A DNA stretch of 64,000 nt, taken from contig CAUZDS010000001.1 of NCBI GenBank assembly GCA_963578725.1, positions 70,841 to 134,840 on the forward strand. Direction: 5' to 3'. The translations under genes and the position numbers were made by a program. How positions within the stretch are numbered: the first letter of the stretch is position 1; each line of letters opens with the position of its first letter. The notes under the pieces are model-generated. The model did no database searches, was not told where the DNA came from, and saw nothing but the letters and a program-made list of their open reading frames with translations. This document shows, one piece after another, positions 48,409 through 58,304 of this stretch. The stretch comes from Vicinamibacteria bacterium. GTDB taxonomy: Bacteria > Acidobacteriota > Vicinamibacteria > Vicinamibacterales > UBA8438.

Positions 48409-49155
48409 ATGGCGGAAACCATCACGCTGACCGTTTCGCGGTACCGGCCGGAGCAGGAGTCGGAACCGACCTTTCAAAGCTACGACGTGCCGTACGACGA
48501 GGACTGGGTGATCCTGGACGCGCTGAACTACGTCAAGGATCAGCTCGACGGGTCGTTGACCTTCCGCTGGTCGTGCCGAATGGGTGTGTGTGGCAGCTGC
48601 GGGATGATGGTCAACGGCACGCCGAAGCTCACGTGCGCCATTCCGCTCTCCGACTATGTGTCGTCGGGACCGATTCGGATCGAGCCGCTGCAGTTCTTTC
48701 CGGTCGTCCGCGACCTCGTGGTCGACATGAACGGATTTCTGGGAAAGCTGTCCAGTGTCAAGCCGTGGATCATCCGGGACGACGAGACACCGCCGACCGA
48801 GGGCGAATACCTGCAGACACCGGCCGAGCTCGACGTCTACAAGCAGTTCAGCATGTGCATCAACTGCATGCTGTGCTACTCGGCATGCCCAGTCGTGGGG
48901 CTCGAGCCCGAGTTCACCGGGCCGGCCGCCATCGCGCTTGCGCAGCGTTACAATCTGGATTCGCGTGATCAGGGGGCCGCGGAGCGGATGGCCGTCCTGA
49001 ACGAGCACGAGGGAATGTGGGGCTGCACTTTTGTAGGTGAGTGCACCGAAGTATGTCCCAAGAACGTCGACCCGGCAGCCGCAATCCAGCTGTACAAGAT
49101 GGCTAGCGCCACCGACTGGTTCAAGTCCGTGTTATTGCCGCGGGGTTCGAAGTGA
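48409..49155 (+). CDS. frdB: Fumarate reductase iron-sulfur subunit
   Basis: Contains [15 protein letters not shown] (2Fe-2S), [12 protein letters not shown], and [13 protein letters not shown] clusters. Confidence 0.9.
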   Translation: MAETITLTVSRYRPEQESEPTFQSYDVPYDEDWVILDALNYVKDQLDGSLTFRWSCRMGVCGSCGMMVNGTPKLTCAIPLSDYVSSGPIRIEPLQFFPVVRDLVVDMNGFLGKLSSVKPWIIRDDETPPTEGEYLQTPAELDVYKQFSMCINCMLCYSACPVVGLEPEFTGPAAIALAQRYNLDSRDQGAAERMAVLNEHEGMWGCTFVGECTEVCPKNVDPAAAIQLYKMASATDWFKSVLLPRGSK

Positions 49156-49568
49156 GCGTCCAGACCGGTAGCCCGTCCGGCCCGCCGGAGTTGTACCATC
49201 GCCCGATGTCGTTCTGGTGGTGGCTGCAGAAGCGTGCGTACTTCAACTTCATCCTACGCGAGCTTACTTGCGTCTTCGTCGGGGTCTTTGCCGTGATCAC
49301 GATTTTGCAGATTCGAGCCCTGTCACAGGGTCCGGACGCATATGCGGAGTTCATCAACCGGCTGAGGACGCCAGGTTTCATTCTGTTCAACACGGTGGGC
49401 CTCGCGGCCCTGCTCTTCCACGCCATCACGTGGTTCAAGGCCGTTCCTACGACGATGATCGTCCGGTTCGGCGGAACGCGCGTCCCCGACCAGGTGATCG
49501 CGGGCTTGCACTACGTGGGATGGATGGTGGTGTCCGTAGTCGTTGCGTGGATTCTGTTGCTCAGATAG
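49152..49568 (+). CDS. frdC: Fumarate reductase membrane subunit C
   Basis: 138 aa with three helices. The start overlaps the frdB stop. The [20 protein letters not shown] pattern matches FrdC. Confidence 0.75.
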   Translation: MSVQTGSPSGPPELYHRPMSFWWWLQKRAYFNFILRELTCVFVGVFAVITILQIRALSQGPDAYAEFINRLRTPGFILFNTVGLAALLFHAITWFKAVPTTMIVRFGGTRVPDQVIAGLHYVGWMVVSVVVAWILLLR

Positions 49569-49571
49569 ACG

Positions 49572-49922
49572 ATGAGAGGCATCACACCGTTTCTGTGGTT
49601 TTTGTTCGGGACCGGAGGGATGGTCTCGGCCCTCCTGTTTCCGATCCACGTTCTCTTGATCGGTCTCGCGTTTCCCCTGGGGTGGCTTGACGCTCCGGAC
49701 TACGAGTCACTTCGTAGTCTGGTCATCCATCCGATCACGAGGCTGTATCTGTTCGTCTTCATTTTCTTCCCGCTCTTTCATTGGGCCCACCGCTTCCGTT
49801 ACACAATCTATGATCTTTTTCAGATCAAACACGGAGCCCAGCAGCCAATTGCCTTCCTCTGCTATGGCGCCGCGCTGCTGGGGACTATCTTCGCGGCCTA
49901 TACGCTGTTGGCCATCGCGTAG
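49572..49922 (+). CDS. frdD: Fumarate reductase membrane subunit D
   Basis: 116 aa. FLWFLFGTGGMVSALLFPIHVLLIG parallels the FrdD sequence FWGLFGAGGMWSA. Confidence 0.75.
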   Translation: MRGITPFLWFLFGTGGMVSALLFPIHVLLIGLAFPLGWLDAPDYESLRSLVIHPITRLYLFVFIFFPLFHWAHRFRYTIYDLFQIKHGAQQPIAFLCYGAALLGTIFAAYTLLAIA

Positions 49923-50169
49923 GACGCGTTACAAGAGCGCCGCAGGGCGAAAGGTCGGCCCGGAACGCCTTGTGGCAGGCACCGCGATAGTAGCAGCAGA
50001 TTCGCTGGAAACAGACCGGCGCCCTGAAGAATTAGGGAAGGCCGGCTGAGCGCACCGGCTGCTCCTTGCTTCTGACCTCTGCCTCCCGACTCCTCTGGGG
50101 TCCAGGCGCGCTATATTCCCCGGATGGGTTTACCCCGCCGAGCTAGTCCATCTAGGTGAGAATCTAATC

Positions 50170-50650
50170 CTAACGCTCACGCAAGTACGGCGACGGGTTC
50201 CCCACGTCCAGATGCTTCGGACTCGGCAGCACGGCGGCGAGCAGCGCCGCTTGTCGGCGGTAGAGTTGGGACGGCAGCCTGGCAAAGCACCGCTCGCTGG
50301 CGGCACCGACTCCATATACGCCGTACCCAAACTCCGCCACGTTGAAATAGACCTCGAGGGATGCGACGCTTGCTCTAGGTCGGCTCGACCAACACCTCCA
50401 GGTAGCCCTCTGGCCCTTTACGGACCAGGCTTCGGCCAGACCAGAGGAACAGGTTCTTGGCGACCTGATGCGAAATGGTACTGGCCCCGCTCAGCCGTCC
50501 ACCGACGGCGCGCCTCCAGCGCGTCGTCGATCGCCTGGAAGTCCAGCCCGTGATGCAGCCTAAAAGCGCCGGCCCTCGGCGGCCACCACGGCGACAGCGA
50601 GCTAGGGGCTCATCCCACGCCAATCGACCCACCGGTAGCGCGACCGTCGC
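50170..50650 (-). pseudogene. mtgA: Heavily decayed monofunctional peptidoglycan glycosyltransferase (MtgA-like)
   Basis: Four minus-strand frame segments carry the pieces. They read [23 protein letters not shown] / [14 protein letters not shown] / [42 protein letters not shown] / LEVYFNVAEFGYGVYGVGAASERCFARLPSQL..AALLAAVLPSP. There are three in-frame TAGs (50602..50604, 50560..50562, 50375..50377), at least 3 frameshifts, and the N-terminal anchor is missing. Confidence 0.85.
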
Positions 50651-50656
50651 TCCGTG

Positions 50657-51181
50657 TCAGCCGATCCCATCGCCGGGCTCGGTGCCGCGCTGGACTTTCA
50701 ACCCGGATCGCGTGGGTTTCGTCGATTTGCGTCGAGGCGCGCCGACGCGGGCGCGCAGCATCTTGAAGCTGTCCTCGCCGAGGACCAGCAATGGCTGCTC
50801 CGGTGCCTGCAAGAGGTTGTACAATGTGCCGGCTCCGGTCCGCGCGTAGATGTCCGAACCATCGACCAGCAGCGTGACCGGTCCGTCGCTCCCAAGCGCT
50901 TCGAAGAGCCGGATACCAAAGTGCTCGCGCAAGGCCGTCAGGATCTTGCGAATCCGCTGCACGGTGAAACCGCAGCGCCTCAGCTCGGCGAGCGCCGACA
51001 GCTCGTAGAGGTCGACCGGCGAGTAACGCCGCTCGGTGAAGCCGCCCGCCGCGGTCGGTCTGGATGCCACGCTCGCCGAGAGCAGCTGCCGCGCGTCCCA
51101 CCACTGCAACTGTCTGGCGGTCAACCCCGTCACCGCCGTCACCTCGCGCGCGCTGTAGCTCTTCTTCAGTCTGGTCGGCAC
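50657..51181 (-). CDS. MerR-family HTH protein
   Basis: N-terminal YSAREVTAVTGLTARQLQWWDARQLL is a MerR-type helix-turn-helix. Confidence 0.65.
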   Translation of the reverse strand: MPTRLKKSYSAREVTAVTGLTARQLQWWDARQLLSASVASRPTAAGGFTERRYSPVDLYELSALAELRRCGFTVQRIRKILTALREHFGIRLFEALGSDGPVTLLVDGSDIYARTGAGTLYNLLQAPEQPLLVLGEDSFKMLRARVGAPRRKSTKPTRSGLKVQRGTEPGDGIG

Positions 51182-51347
51182 CGATCGCTCGTCTCTCGTC
51201 CAGCGAGGTCTGCCTCGGACCGCGTCGACTCCACCTCGCTAGAACGCTTCTCTCACAGCCCCGCCGCGCTGGCCAGCCAGGTCCTTGCCGGCGAAATGCA
51301 ACCGCTGTGTCCCGTTCTCACCAGTCACGGACGGCGGCCGAACGCAC

Positions 51348-52463
51348 TCACAATACCCCAAATCGTGCCGGCGCCACCGCCGAGAGCAGCGGGTCCTCCC
51401 GCCCATCCAGCACCAGATCCGCGACCAGCCGAGCGGTCAGCGGCGCCAGCAGAACGCCGCTCCGATAGTGCCCGGTCGCGTAGGCGAGCCTGGGCAGTAC
51501 CGGCGACCACCCGAGGGCGGGAAGCCCGTCTGGCGTGCCTGGACGTAGACCGACCCGCACGCCCTCGAATTCGGCGTCCCGCGTCGCAGGTAGCAGGTCC
51601 CTGACCGCGTCGAGCAGTGTCGCGACACCCGAGACCGTCGCACGCTCGTCGAACCCGACGTCCTCGACCGTCGCCCCTACCAGCAGCGACCCATCGCGCC
51701 AGGGCACGACGTAGCACGTCGGGGACCAGATGACCCTCGCCAGCGGAGCACCACGCCATGCCAGCCGGACCAGTTGCCCCCGGACTGGTCTGACCGGCAA
51801 TGGCGGTTCGCCGTCCACCGCCACGCGACCCGCCCAGCTACCGGCAGCCAGCACCGCAAAGTCGCTCATCACCGGCCCGTTGGCCGTCTTGATCTCGATC
51901 CCGCTATCGCTCGCCGAGATACGGCTCGCCGCCCGCGACGTCAGAAACGATACGCCATGCCGGGCGCCGGCCCGACGGAGCGCCGCCGTCAGCGCGGCCG
52001 CGCCGACAAATCCCTGCGACGGCACCAGCAGGGCGGCAAGCGCTGCCTCACCGAGTTGCGGCTCGGCCTGGCGTGTTTCCGTGCTGTCCAGGAAGTGGGA
52101 GTCGACACCGGCGGCCACGAGACCCTCGTGGGCCCGCACGAGCCGAGTGACTGCCATCGCGTCGCTGGCCACCTCGAGTGTCCCGGTCCGCTCGTAAGGC
52201 ACGTCGGCGCCGCCCGCACCGGCAACCTCCTCCACGAAGGCGTCATACAGCTCGAGACTCCGGACACCAAGCTCCCGCAGTGGTCCGGGCTGTTCCGCTT
52301 CGATAAACGGTGCCAGCACGCCGGCCGACGCCTGGGTCGCGCCGAGCCCGACGTCACGGCACTCGAGCACACGCACGGCGGCTCCGCGCCGGCCCAGCTC
52401 GTAAGCAACCGCACAGCCGATGACACCGGCGCCAACGACGGTGACGTCGGGTCTGTCACTCAA
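51348..52463 (-). CDS. thiO: Glycine oxidase-type FAD oxidoreductase
   Basis: TTG start. Contains DVTVVGAGVIGCAVAYEL and is of DAO-family length with a GHYRSGVLLAP C-terminal motif. Confidence 0.7.
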   Translation of the reverse strand: MSDRPDVTVVGAGVIGCAVAYELGRRGAAVRVLECRDVGLGATQASAGVLAPFIEAEQPGPLRELGVRSLELYDAFVEEVAGAGGADVPYERTGTLEVASDAMAVTRLVRAHEGLVAAGVDSHFLDSTETRQAEPQLGEAALAALLVPSQGFVGAAALTAALRRAGARHGVSFLTSRAASRISASDSGIEIKTANGPVMSDFAVLAAGSWAGRVAVDGEPPLPVRPVRGQLVRLAWRGAPLARVIWSPTCYVVPWRDGSLLVGATVEDVGFDERATVSGVATLLDAVRDLLPATRDAEFEGVRVGLRPGTPDGLPALGWSPVLPRLAYATGHYRSGVLLAPLTARLVADLVLDGREDPLLSAVAPARFGVL

Positions 52464-53431
52464 GCGAACCCTCTGCCCAACCCGGCCGAGGACCGGCGAG
52501 CGCCGTTCGCGGCGAACCTCGCCGGCTTCCGACCCACGCTCGCCCGCTTCTCGCGGCCGTTGCGACCCGGCACGGCGGATACCAACCGTGCCGATGCGTC
52601 TATTCCCAATCTATGTAGCGGAGAATCGAGTGTCCAGAGAGGATGGATACTTGCCGGCTCGTCTTGCTGTGTCCGTTCCAGGAACCGAGCCGCTTCTTTC
52701 CGCCCCAACCCCAGCAGCTCGGCTCGCGACGGGATGTGGCGGCGGTGTCGGTCATCCCGGTCATGATAGTCGACAGGGCACTGCCGCTTACCCATCCGAG
52801 CCCGGGCCCGGGCCGCGGCCCGGGCGCACGCTCCCTGCCACCGGTTCGCTGCGCCGGCCGGGCCGGGACCAGCACGTGCACCGGCATGACGGTCGCGCGG
52901 CCCGCACCGCATCAGTTCGATCGACCCGTCACCTGACAACCGCCGCGACGCGCAGCGGCGGACTCGTTGTCGTCCGCTCTGCGCCCACTGCGGAGCTACG
53001 CGAGCATTACGTCGTCGGAGACGCCCGCGGTCTTGAATTCTCGGAGGCGGGAGAGTATGAGCGGATACGCGACATCGTCGATCTAGACAAGCGCGATCAG
53101 CACGATGTCGCCGATGCCGGCCTGAGATGGCTCGACGACATCGGAGAAGGTGACCGCTTGCGCGCGCGCTCCGGCAAGAGCGAACACACCAATCGTTATA
53201 CACAGCACGATTCCGGTACGCATGTGCTCTCCGACGGGCAGGCTCCGGTTGGCGCGGGGCTGGCGCTCCATACTTGGTTGATGAATTACGCAAAAAAAAC
53301 GCCGCTTTCTTCAGATCTGTGTGCGCTCCAGAAGCCGCCGAAAGCTGTCCCCTGCCCCTTATCTACTGTCTCCTCGTGGGGACGCTCCCAAGCTACCGGT
53401 CGTCGCTGTGCCGCAGGGTGCCCAGATCTTC

Positions 53432-54133
53432 TCATCGGGACGACTCGTCGAGCTCGTCCTCGTCGTAGTAGTCAATTTTGTGCAGTGGCATCACAACGCT
53501 CGAGAGGATGTTCAAGACGTGACCGCCGATCCGCTTGTAGTAGCGCGTGGCGAGCACGAGCACCGTGGTGGACTCTCCACCGTAGCCGGCCCGTCCGATC
53601 CGGGTGATCAACACGTCGCACCGGTGGGCGATGTCGCGGCCCTGCTGGATCATCTGCACCGCCTGTTCCCGGTCGGAGGCCTTGAAGATCTCGGAAGCCG
53701 CCTGGAACGCCGCCTCCACTCCATAGCGGATCTCACCCAGCTCGCCCACCAGTTCGTCGTCCGGAAACGAACCGCTACCGATATCGACCACCTCGGACAG
53801 ATTCTTGGCGTAGTCTCCGAGCCGCTCGACGTCCTTGGCCAAGCTCATCAACAGCAGGCAGTAAGGCACGTCGACCCGGGAACCCGGAATCGACAGATGC
53901 GCCACAACCAGTTTCCGGATGGATCGCTCGAGCATGTTCACCTCGCGGTCGAGCGCGTAGAGATCAGTCCTCCGCTCGGGGGTGACCTCACCACCGAAGG
54001 CCATGTTCCCGGCCGACAAGGTCATCTCGTAGGTCAGCTGCAGCATTCGACCGAAGTGCTCTCCGACCTCCTGCAGCGGGTCGTGCGTGCGAAGAATGCC
54101 GAGTAGCGCGCGTAGCATGTCAGCCCTCCCCAA
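53432..54133 (-). CDS. PhoU-domain phosphate-transport regulator-like protein
   Basis: Two PhoU-like helical repeats (DVERLGDYAKNL, YYKRIGGHVLNI). It lies downstream of the Na/Pi transporter gene. Confidence 0.7.
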   Translation of the reverse strand: MGRADMLRALLGILRTHDPLQEVGEHFGRMLQLTYEMTLSAGNMAFGGEVTPERRTDLYALDREVNMLERSIRKLVVAHLSIPGSRVDVPYCLLLMSLAKDVERLGDYAKNLSEVVDIGSGSFPDDELVGELGEIRYGVEAAFQAASEIFKASDREQAVQMIQQGRDIAHRCDVLITRIGRAGYGGESTTVLVLATRYYKRIGGHVLNILSSVVMPLHKIDYYDEDELDESSR

Positions 54134-54309
54134 GTCCGCGCTGGTGGACTAGTGGCCCATAACAGGGAAACGATAAGTGCCTTCCGGGCGGGGCATCCCG
54201 CCTGGGCGACGGTGCTCCTCAGTCGAATACTGGTTGCAGTATCCCTTGTCGCGCCCGGCACTGGCTGGGTCGGCATCGATCACGACGGTTCCCGGCGCAA
54301 CAGTGACTT

Positions 54310-55470
54310 TCACCACAAAACACGGTCCGCGAGCAAGAGTAACGTGGGCACTCCGTAGAAGAGTGCCACAACCCACAACAGGGTGAGCTTCCTGGACCGG
54401 ACCGCCAGGGTCGTCAAATAGCGGGCCGACATCAACGGAACATTCCGGATGACCCTGATCGGATAGATGAGGGCCATCCCACTCAGATTGAACAGCAGGT
54501 GGACCAGCCCGATCTCGAGACCGTAGATGGCATTCGGTCCAGACACGGCCAGTGCCGCGAGAAGTGCCGTCACGGTGGTCCCGATGTTCGCTCCAATCGT
54601 AATCGGCAGCGCCTGCTCAAGCCGCAGCAGCCCGGCAGCCCCCAACGGCACCAGCAACGACGTGGTGATCGAGCTCGACTGCACCATGACCGTCACGACC
54701 ACGCCGACCAGGATGGAGAGCATCGCGCTCGACCCCAACACTTCGGTCACGAGCAGCTCCACGCGCGTATGAACCAGCGACCGCATCACCTTCACTAGCA
54801 GGAACAACGTCACGAGGATGAGACCACCGCTGAAACCGATCAGTGCGACCCCCTGCGCTTGCGCCGTAGAGAACAGCAAAGCGGCAAATTGCTCCACTGG
54901 GCCAAGGGTCGCCGACAGCGCGGCGGCAACCGGGGTGTCGAACTCGACCCCACCCCTCCCTTCCAGCATCGACCCGATCGCCACCGCCGTGTGCCGCAAA
55001 AACCCCGTCATTACTTCCAGTGGCAACAGCACCAGCACAGTCATGTAGTTGAACAGATCATGGCAGACAGCTACCGGGAACGCCCGCTCGAACTCTTCGC
55101 GGCGGCCCATGTGCGCGAGCGAGACGACGGTGGCGGTCACCGTGGTGCCAATGTTCGCGCCCATGATCATCGGCACCGCATTGGCCAGCGGCAGCGGTGA
55201 CTCGGGCGCCGCCACGAACCCCACGATCATCGACGTGGTGACCGAGGAACTCTGGACGACCGTCGTAGCCAGGATGCCGACGACCAAACCGATGAACGGG
55301 CTCTCAGTCGCGGAGAAGATCGCGTCAAGGAGTCCCCCGCCGAGTAGCGTGAACCCCTCTCCCAGGCCCTTGACACCGACGAGGAAGCCGAACAGGAGGA
55401 GAAAAACCGTAATCGGACGGGAAAGGGAACCCCTGGACCTCTGCGGAGGTGACTGTGGTCCTGAGGGCAA
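54310..55470 (-). CDS. Na+/phosphate cotransporter family protein (start uncertain, 55470..55641)
   Basis: Duplicated motif TTVVQSSSVTTSMIV / TVMVQSSSITTSLLV typical of the NptA/PF02690 family. There is no internal ATG near the first helix. TTG at 55470 is one candidate start. Confidence 0.75.
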   Translation of the reverse strand: MPSGPQSPPQRSRGSLSRPITVFLLLFGFLVGVKGLGEGFTLLGGGLLDAIFSATESPFIGLVVGILATTVVQSSSVTTSMIVGFVAAPESPLPLANAVPMIMGANIGTTVTATVVSLAHMGRREEFERAFPVAVCHDLFNYMTVLVLLPLEVMTGFLRHTAVAIGSMLEGRGGVEFDTPVAAALSATLGPVEQFAALLFSTAQAQGVALIGFSGGLILVTLFLLVKVMRSLVHTRVELLVTEVLGSSAMLSILVGVVVTVMVQSSSITTSLLVPLGAAGLLRLEQALPITIGANIGTTVTALLAALAVSGPNAIYGLEIGLVHLLFNLSGMALIYPIRVIRNVPLMSARYLTTLAVRSRKLTLLWVVALFYGVPTLLLLADRVLW

Positions 55471-55883
55471 GAGAGTAATCCGATTTCGGTGCGCGTTGAG
55501 CCGACCGAACTTGCTGCATTCTACATGATCTACGACGCCACTGTCGCTGGTCACGAGCGGCCCCGGAGAACTCGATCTTCGCGCACGCGACCCGTGGATC
55601 GCTCGCGTGTAGTCCCCTCCGCAGGTCACTATGTCCCCCAAAGTAGGTAGCGTGTGGCGGCCCAGCCTGGGTTTGCGAGATAATTAGGGATCCGGGGAAC
55701 GATCCGACCGCCTGACTGCGGGGCAAGAGGAGAATAATCCGTTCGAGGGTGCAATCCGGGACGCGTCCGGCCGGCAATGTTCATGGACAACGCACCGGTA
55801 GGCATCGGCGAACCATCTGACGGGCGGTCGAACCGGATGGGCACGACACTTGCTTCTGAACTGCGTCGGAGAGAAACACGGAT

Positions 55884-56969
55884 ATGTTGACGAAATCGAT
55901 AGCCGTCGTCGGACTCGCGGCGGGTGTCATCGTGGCAGCCGGGACCGGTGCCTATCTGGCGGTGCGTCAGAACACCGCCGAGGCACGGCCGATCGCGGTA
56001 GATACGCGGAGCTCCGCGGCCGCCCTGACTTCTATCGAGCCAACCGGCCCAAACGCGACCGCTGGCGAGCCACCCGAGGCGGTGGTCGCCCGTCTCGAGA
56101 CGACCGTTGCCAAAGAAAGAGAGACCGGTTCACCGCCCCCAGCGTCTGAATTCTCAGACGCTCCACCGGTGACCACGTCGGTACAGGCACCGCTGCCAAG
56201 CCCGCCGCCGGCCGTGACCGAGCCACCCGCGGCTCCAGAGGCACAGTCGGTGGCCGACGTGGCACCGGTCGTCGCGTCCCCCGTACAGACGGCACGGGCC
56301 GATCTACCAACGGTGGAGGGCTGGAGGCGTCCCGGGGGAGCGGACCCGTCTTCGGGGGCAGTCTCCGAGCTACGCGGGATTGCGTCGACCGCCGCGGATG
56401 CGGATATCGACACTGCCGACAGCCTTCTGGAGCCGATGCCGTCGTTCGTCGAACTCGAGATCGCCGCCGACTCGGTGATCGGACTGCAGGTCGAAACGGC
56501 GGTCTCCACGCGCACCGCCAAAGTCGAAGACTCGGTGAAGGCTCGGGTCACACGGGACGTCCTGGTTGCGGACCAGGTCGCAGTACCGGCGGGCACACGG
56601 ATGCTGGGCTCGGTCGTACTGGTCGAACAGGGCGGCAAGCTTCGTAACGCCGCCAGACTGGGCGTCCGCTTCCACACACTGGTCATGGAAGACAGCCTCC
56701 AATTACCGATCGTCACCGAAACGATTTACCGTGAAGGTAGCTCACAAGGCAGGGAGAGCGTCGCTAAGATCGGCGGCGCAGCCGTCGGGGGCGCGATCCT
56801 GGGGGCGATCTTCGGTGGCAGACGGGGCGCCGCCGTCGGTGGCTCGATCGGGGCCGCGGGCGGCACCGCCGCTGCGCTGAGCGGCGAGCCCGAGCCGGCC
56901 GGCCTGCCGCCGGGCATCATGCTGACGGTACGGCTGTCGCGCCCTGCTGCGGTCACCGTTGAGCGGTAG
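55884..56969 (+). CDS. Hypothetical anchored protein with Pro/Ala-rich linker and C-terminal glycine-zipper
   Basis: N-terminal TM helix, a PSPPPAVTEPPAAPE linker, and a C-terminal GGAAVGGAILGAIFGGRRGAAVGGSIGAAGG segment. Confidence 0.55.
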   Translation: MLTKSIAVVGLAAGVIVAAGTGAYLAVRQNTAEARPIAVDTRSSAAALTSIEPTGPNATAGEPPEAVVARLETTVAKERETGSPPPASEFSDAPPVTTSVQAPLPSPPPAVTEPPAAPEAQSVADVAPVVASPVQTARADLPTVEGWRRPGGADPSSGAVSELRGIASTAADADIDTADSLLEPMPSFVELEIAADSVIGLQVETAVSTRTAKVEDSVKARVTRDVLVADQVAVPAGTRMLGSVVLVEQGGKLRNAARLGVRFHTLVMEDSLQLPIVTETIYREGSSQGRESVAKIGGAAVGGAILGAIFGGRRGAAVGGSIGAAGGTAAALSGEPEPAGLPPGIMLTVRLSRPAAVTVER

Positions 56970-57017
56970 ACTCAGCTCGATGCCGCTCGGGCACTCCGGC
57001 GCGGCACGGAGCAGAAA

Positions 57018-58181
57018 ATGGCTCGATCGGCGCGGTGGTATAGTGCGCGTGTGGACGACGACATCACGCAGGCGGTGCTGTCTCGCGACGAGGTAGCGCC
57101 CTACCTGCGTGGCGGGGCAGGGCTGACCCCGGACCAAGCCTACGAACGGATCGCAGCCTATCTCGAAGAGCTCAGAACAACCCAGCGATATTCCGTTTAT
57201 CGTGCCCTGAAGCACCCGCTATACCCGATTCTGCGCAAGATCAAGCGGCATCCCGAGCAAATCGAGCTAGCGCAGCGGGCAACCCGGGAGCACCGCGTCG
57301 TCTATGCCTCGAATCACAAGAGCCACATCGACTACCTGGTCGAACTGCTCGTGCTAGACGATTACGGCATCCGCCCCCCAGTAATCGCAGCCGGTATCAA
57401 CCTGTTTCACGGCGCGATGGGTCTATTGAACCGGCATGTGACCGGCGCCATCCCGATCCGGCGCGATTCGCGAGACCCCGCCTATCTGGCCACGTTGAGG
57501 GCGTACGTGGCCGAGTTGGTGCAACGCCACGATCTGTTTCTCTATCTTGAAGGCGGCCGCAGTTACAGCGGCGAGTTCAAATCTTTAAAAACCGGTCTGC
57601 TGCAAGCCGTCATGGCCGCGCGCCGACGGGATGTGGTCATCGTCCCGGTCGCGATCGCCTACGATCTCGTGCTCGAAGACCAGGTGCTGTCGCGGCGGGG
57701 CGCAAAGGGGCATCAACGTCATTTCGCCGTGGAAGTGGCGGAAATGGTGCGGTACGCCGTCGGATACGAATCGCGCGCCTTCGTGACATTCGGTCAGCCG
57801 ATTCCATTCGCAGGTGCCGACCTGGATTCGCGACGGGATCTCGTGATGCTAGCGCGCCGTACCCACGGAGCGATCGGCAAACTCTACAAGGTGCTGCCCA
57901 CCGCGTTGCTGGCAGCCGCCCTCCGCCCATCGATGCACCGGCAGGATCTGGTTGACCGGATTGACCAACTGCTCGACGCGTTGCGCCTCATGAACGCAAA
58001 CCTGGGTGTCGAGACCGGCCGCCAAGCGGTCGAGCAAGCGACCGGTCCACTGGTCACGCGGGGCGTCATCGTGGTCCAGGGCGACCGGTATCGCATCCGT
58101 GAGCGGAGCGTCCTCCGTTACTACGCCAGGACGCTGACCCATCTATTGAACGACCGCGGCAGCTCGAGCTTGACCCACTAA
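57018..58181 (+). CDS. Glycerol-3-phosphate/lysophospholipid acyltransferase family protein (PlsB/PlsC-like)
   Basis: HxxxxD motif NHKSHIDY, plus IPIRRD and YLEGGRSYSGEF blocks. Confidence 0.75.
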   Translation: MARSARWYSARVDDDITQAVLSRDEVAPYLRGGAGLTPDQAYERIAAYLEELRTTQRYSVYRALKHPLYPILRKIKRHPEQIELAQRATREHRVVYASNHKSHIDYLVELLVLDDYGIRPPVIAAGINLFHGAMGLLNRHVTGAIPIRRDSRDPAYLATLRAYVAELVQRHDLFLYLEGGRSYSGEFKSLKTGLLQAVMAARRRDVVIVPVAIAYDLVLEDQVLSRRGAKGHQRHFAVEVAEMVRYAVGYESRAFVTFGQPIPFAGADLDSRRDLVMLARRTHGAIGKLYKVLPTALLAAALRPSMHRQDLVDRIDQLLDALRLMNANLGVETGRQAVEQATGPLVTRGVIVVQGDRYRIRERSVLRYYARTLTHLLNDRGSSSLTH

Positions 58182-58304
58182 CGAGGCTCGCCTCAGACCA
58201 TCCTGACCCGGTCGGCTCCGCCCTCTCCAGTCAGCGGTCCTCACAGCCCCGCCACGACCCTCGCACGGCGGTCGGCACCGCCAAGCGTCGCACCGAAACC
58301 GACG

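Noticed and set aside
52464-52720. Expected TPP riboswitch in front of thiO.
   Set aside because: I searched the minus strand for the CUGAGA and ACCUGAUCUGGAUAAUGCCAGCG-type cores and found neither. Only an 8-bp GC hairpin (CGGCACGG...CCGTGCCG) is present.
52420-53607. 395-aa plus-strand ORF and the 277-aa minus-strand ORF 52460..53293.
   Set aside because: Both are Arg/Pro-rich with no motifs, they overlap each other, and they run into the PhoU-like gene. I treated them as non-coding shadow frames.
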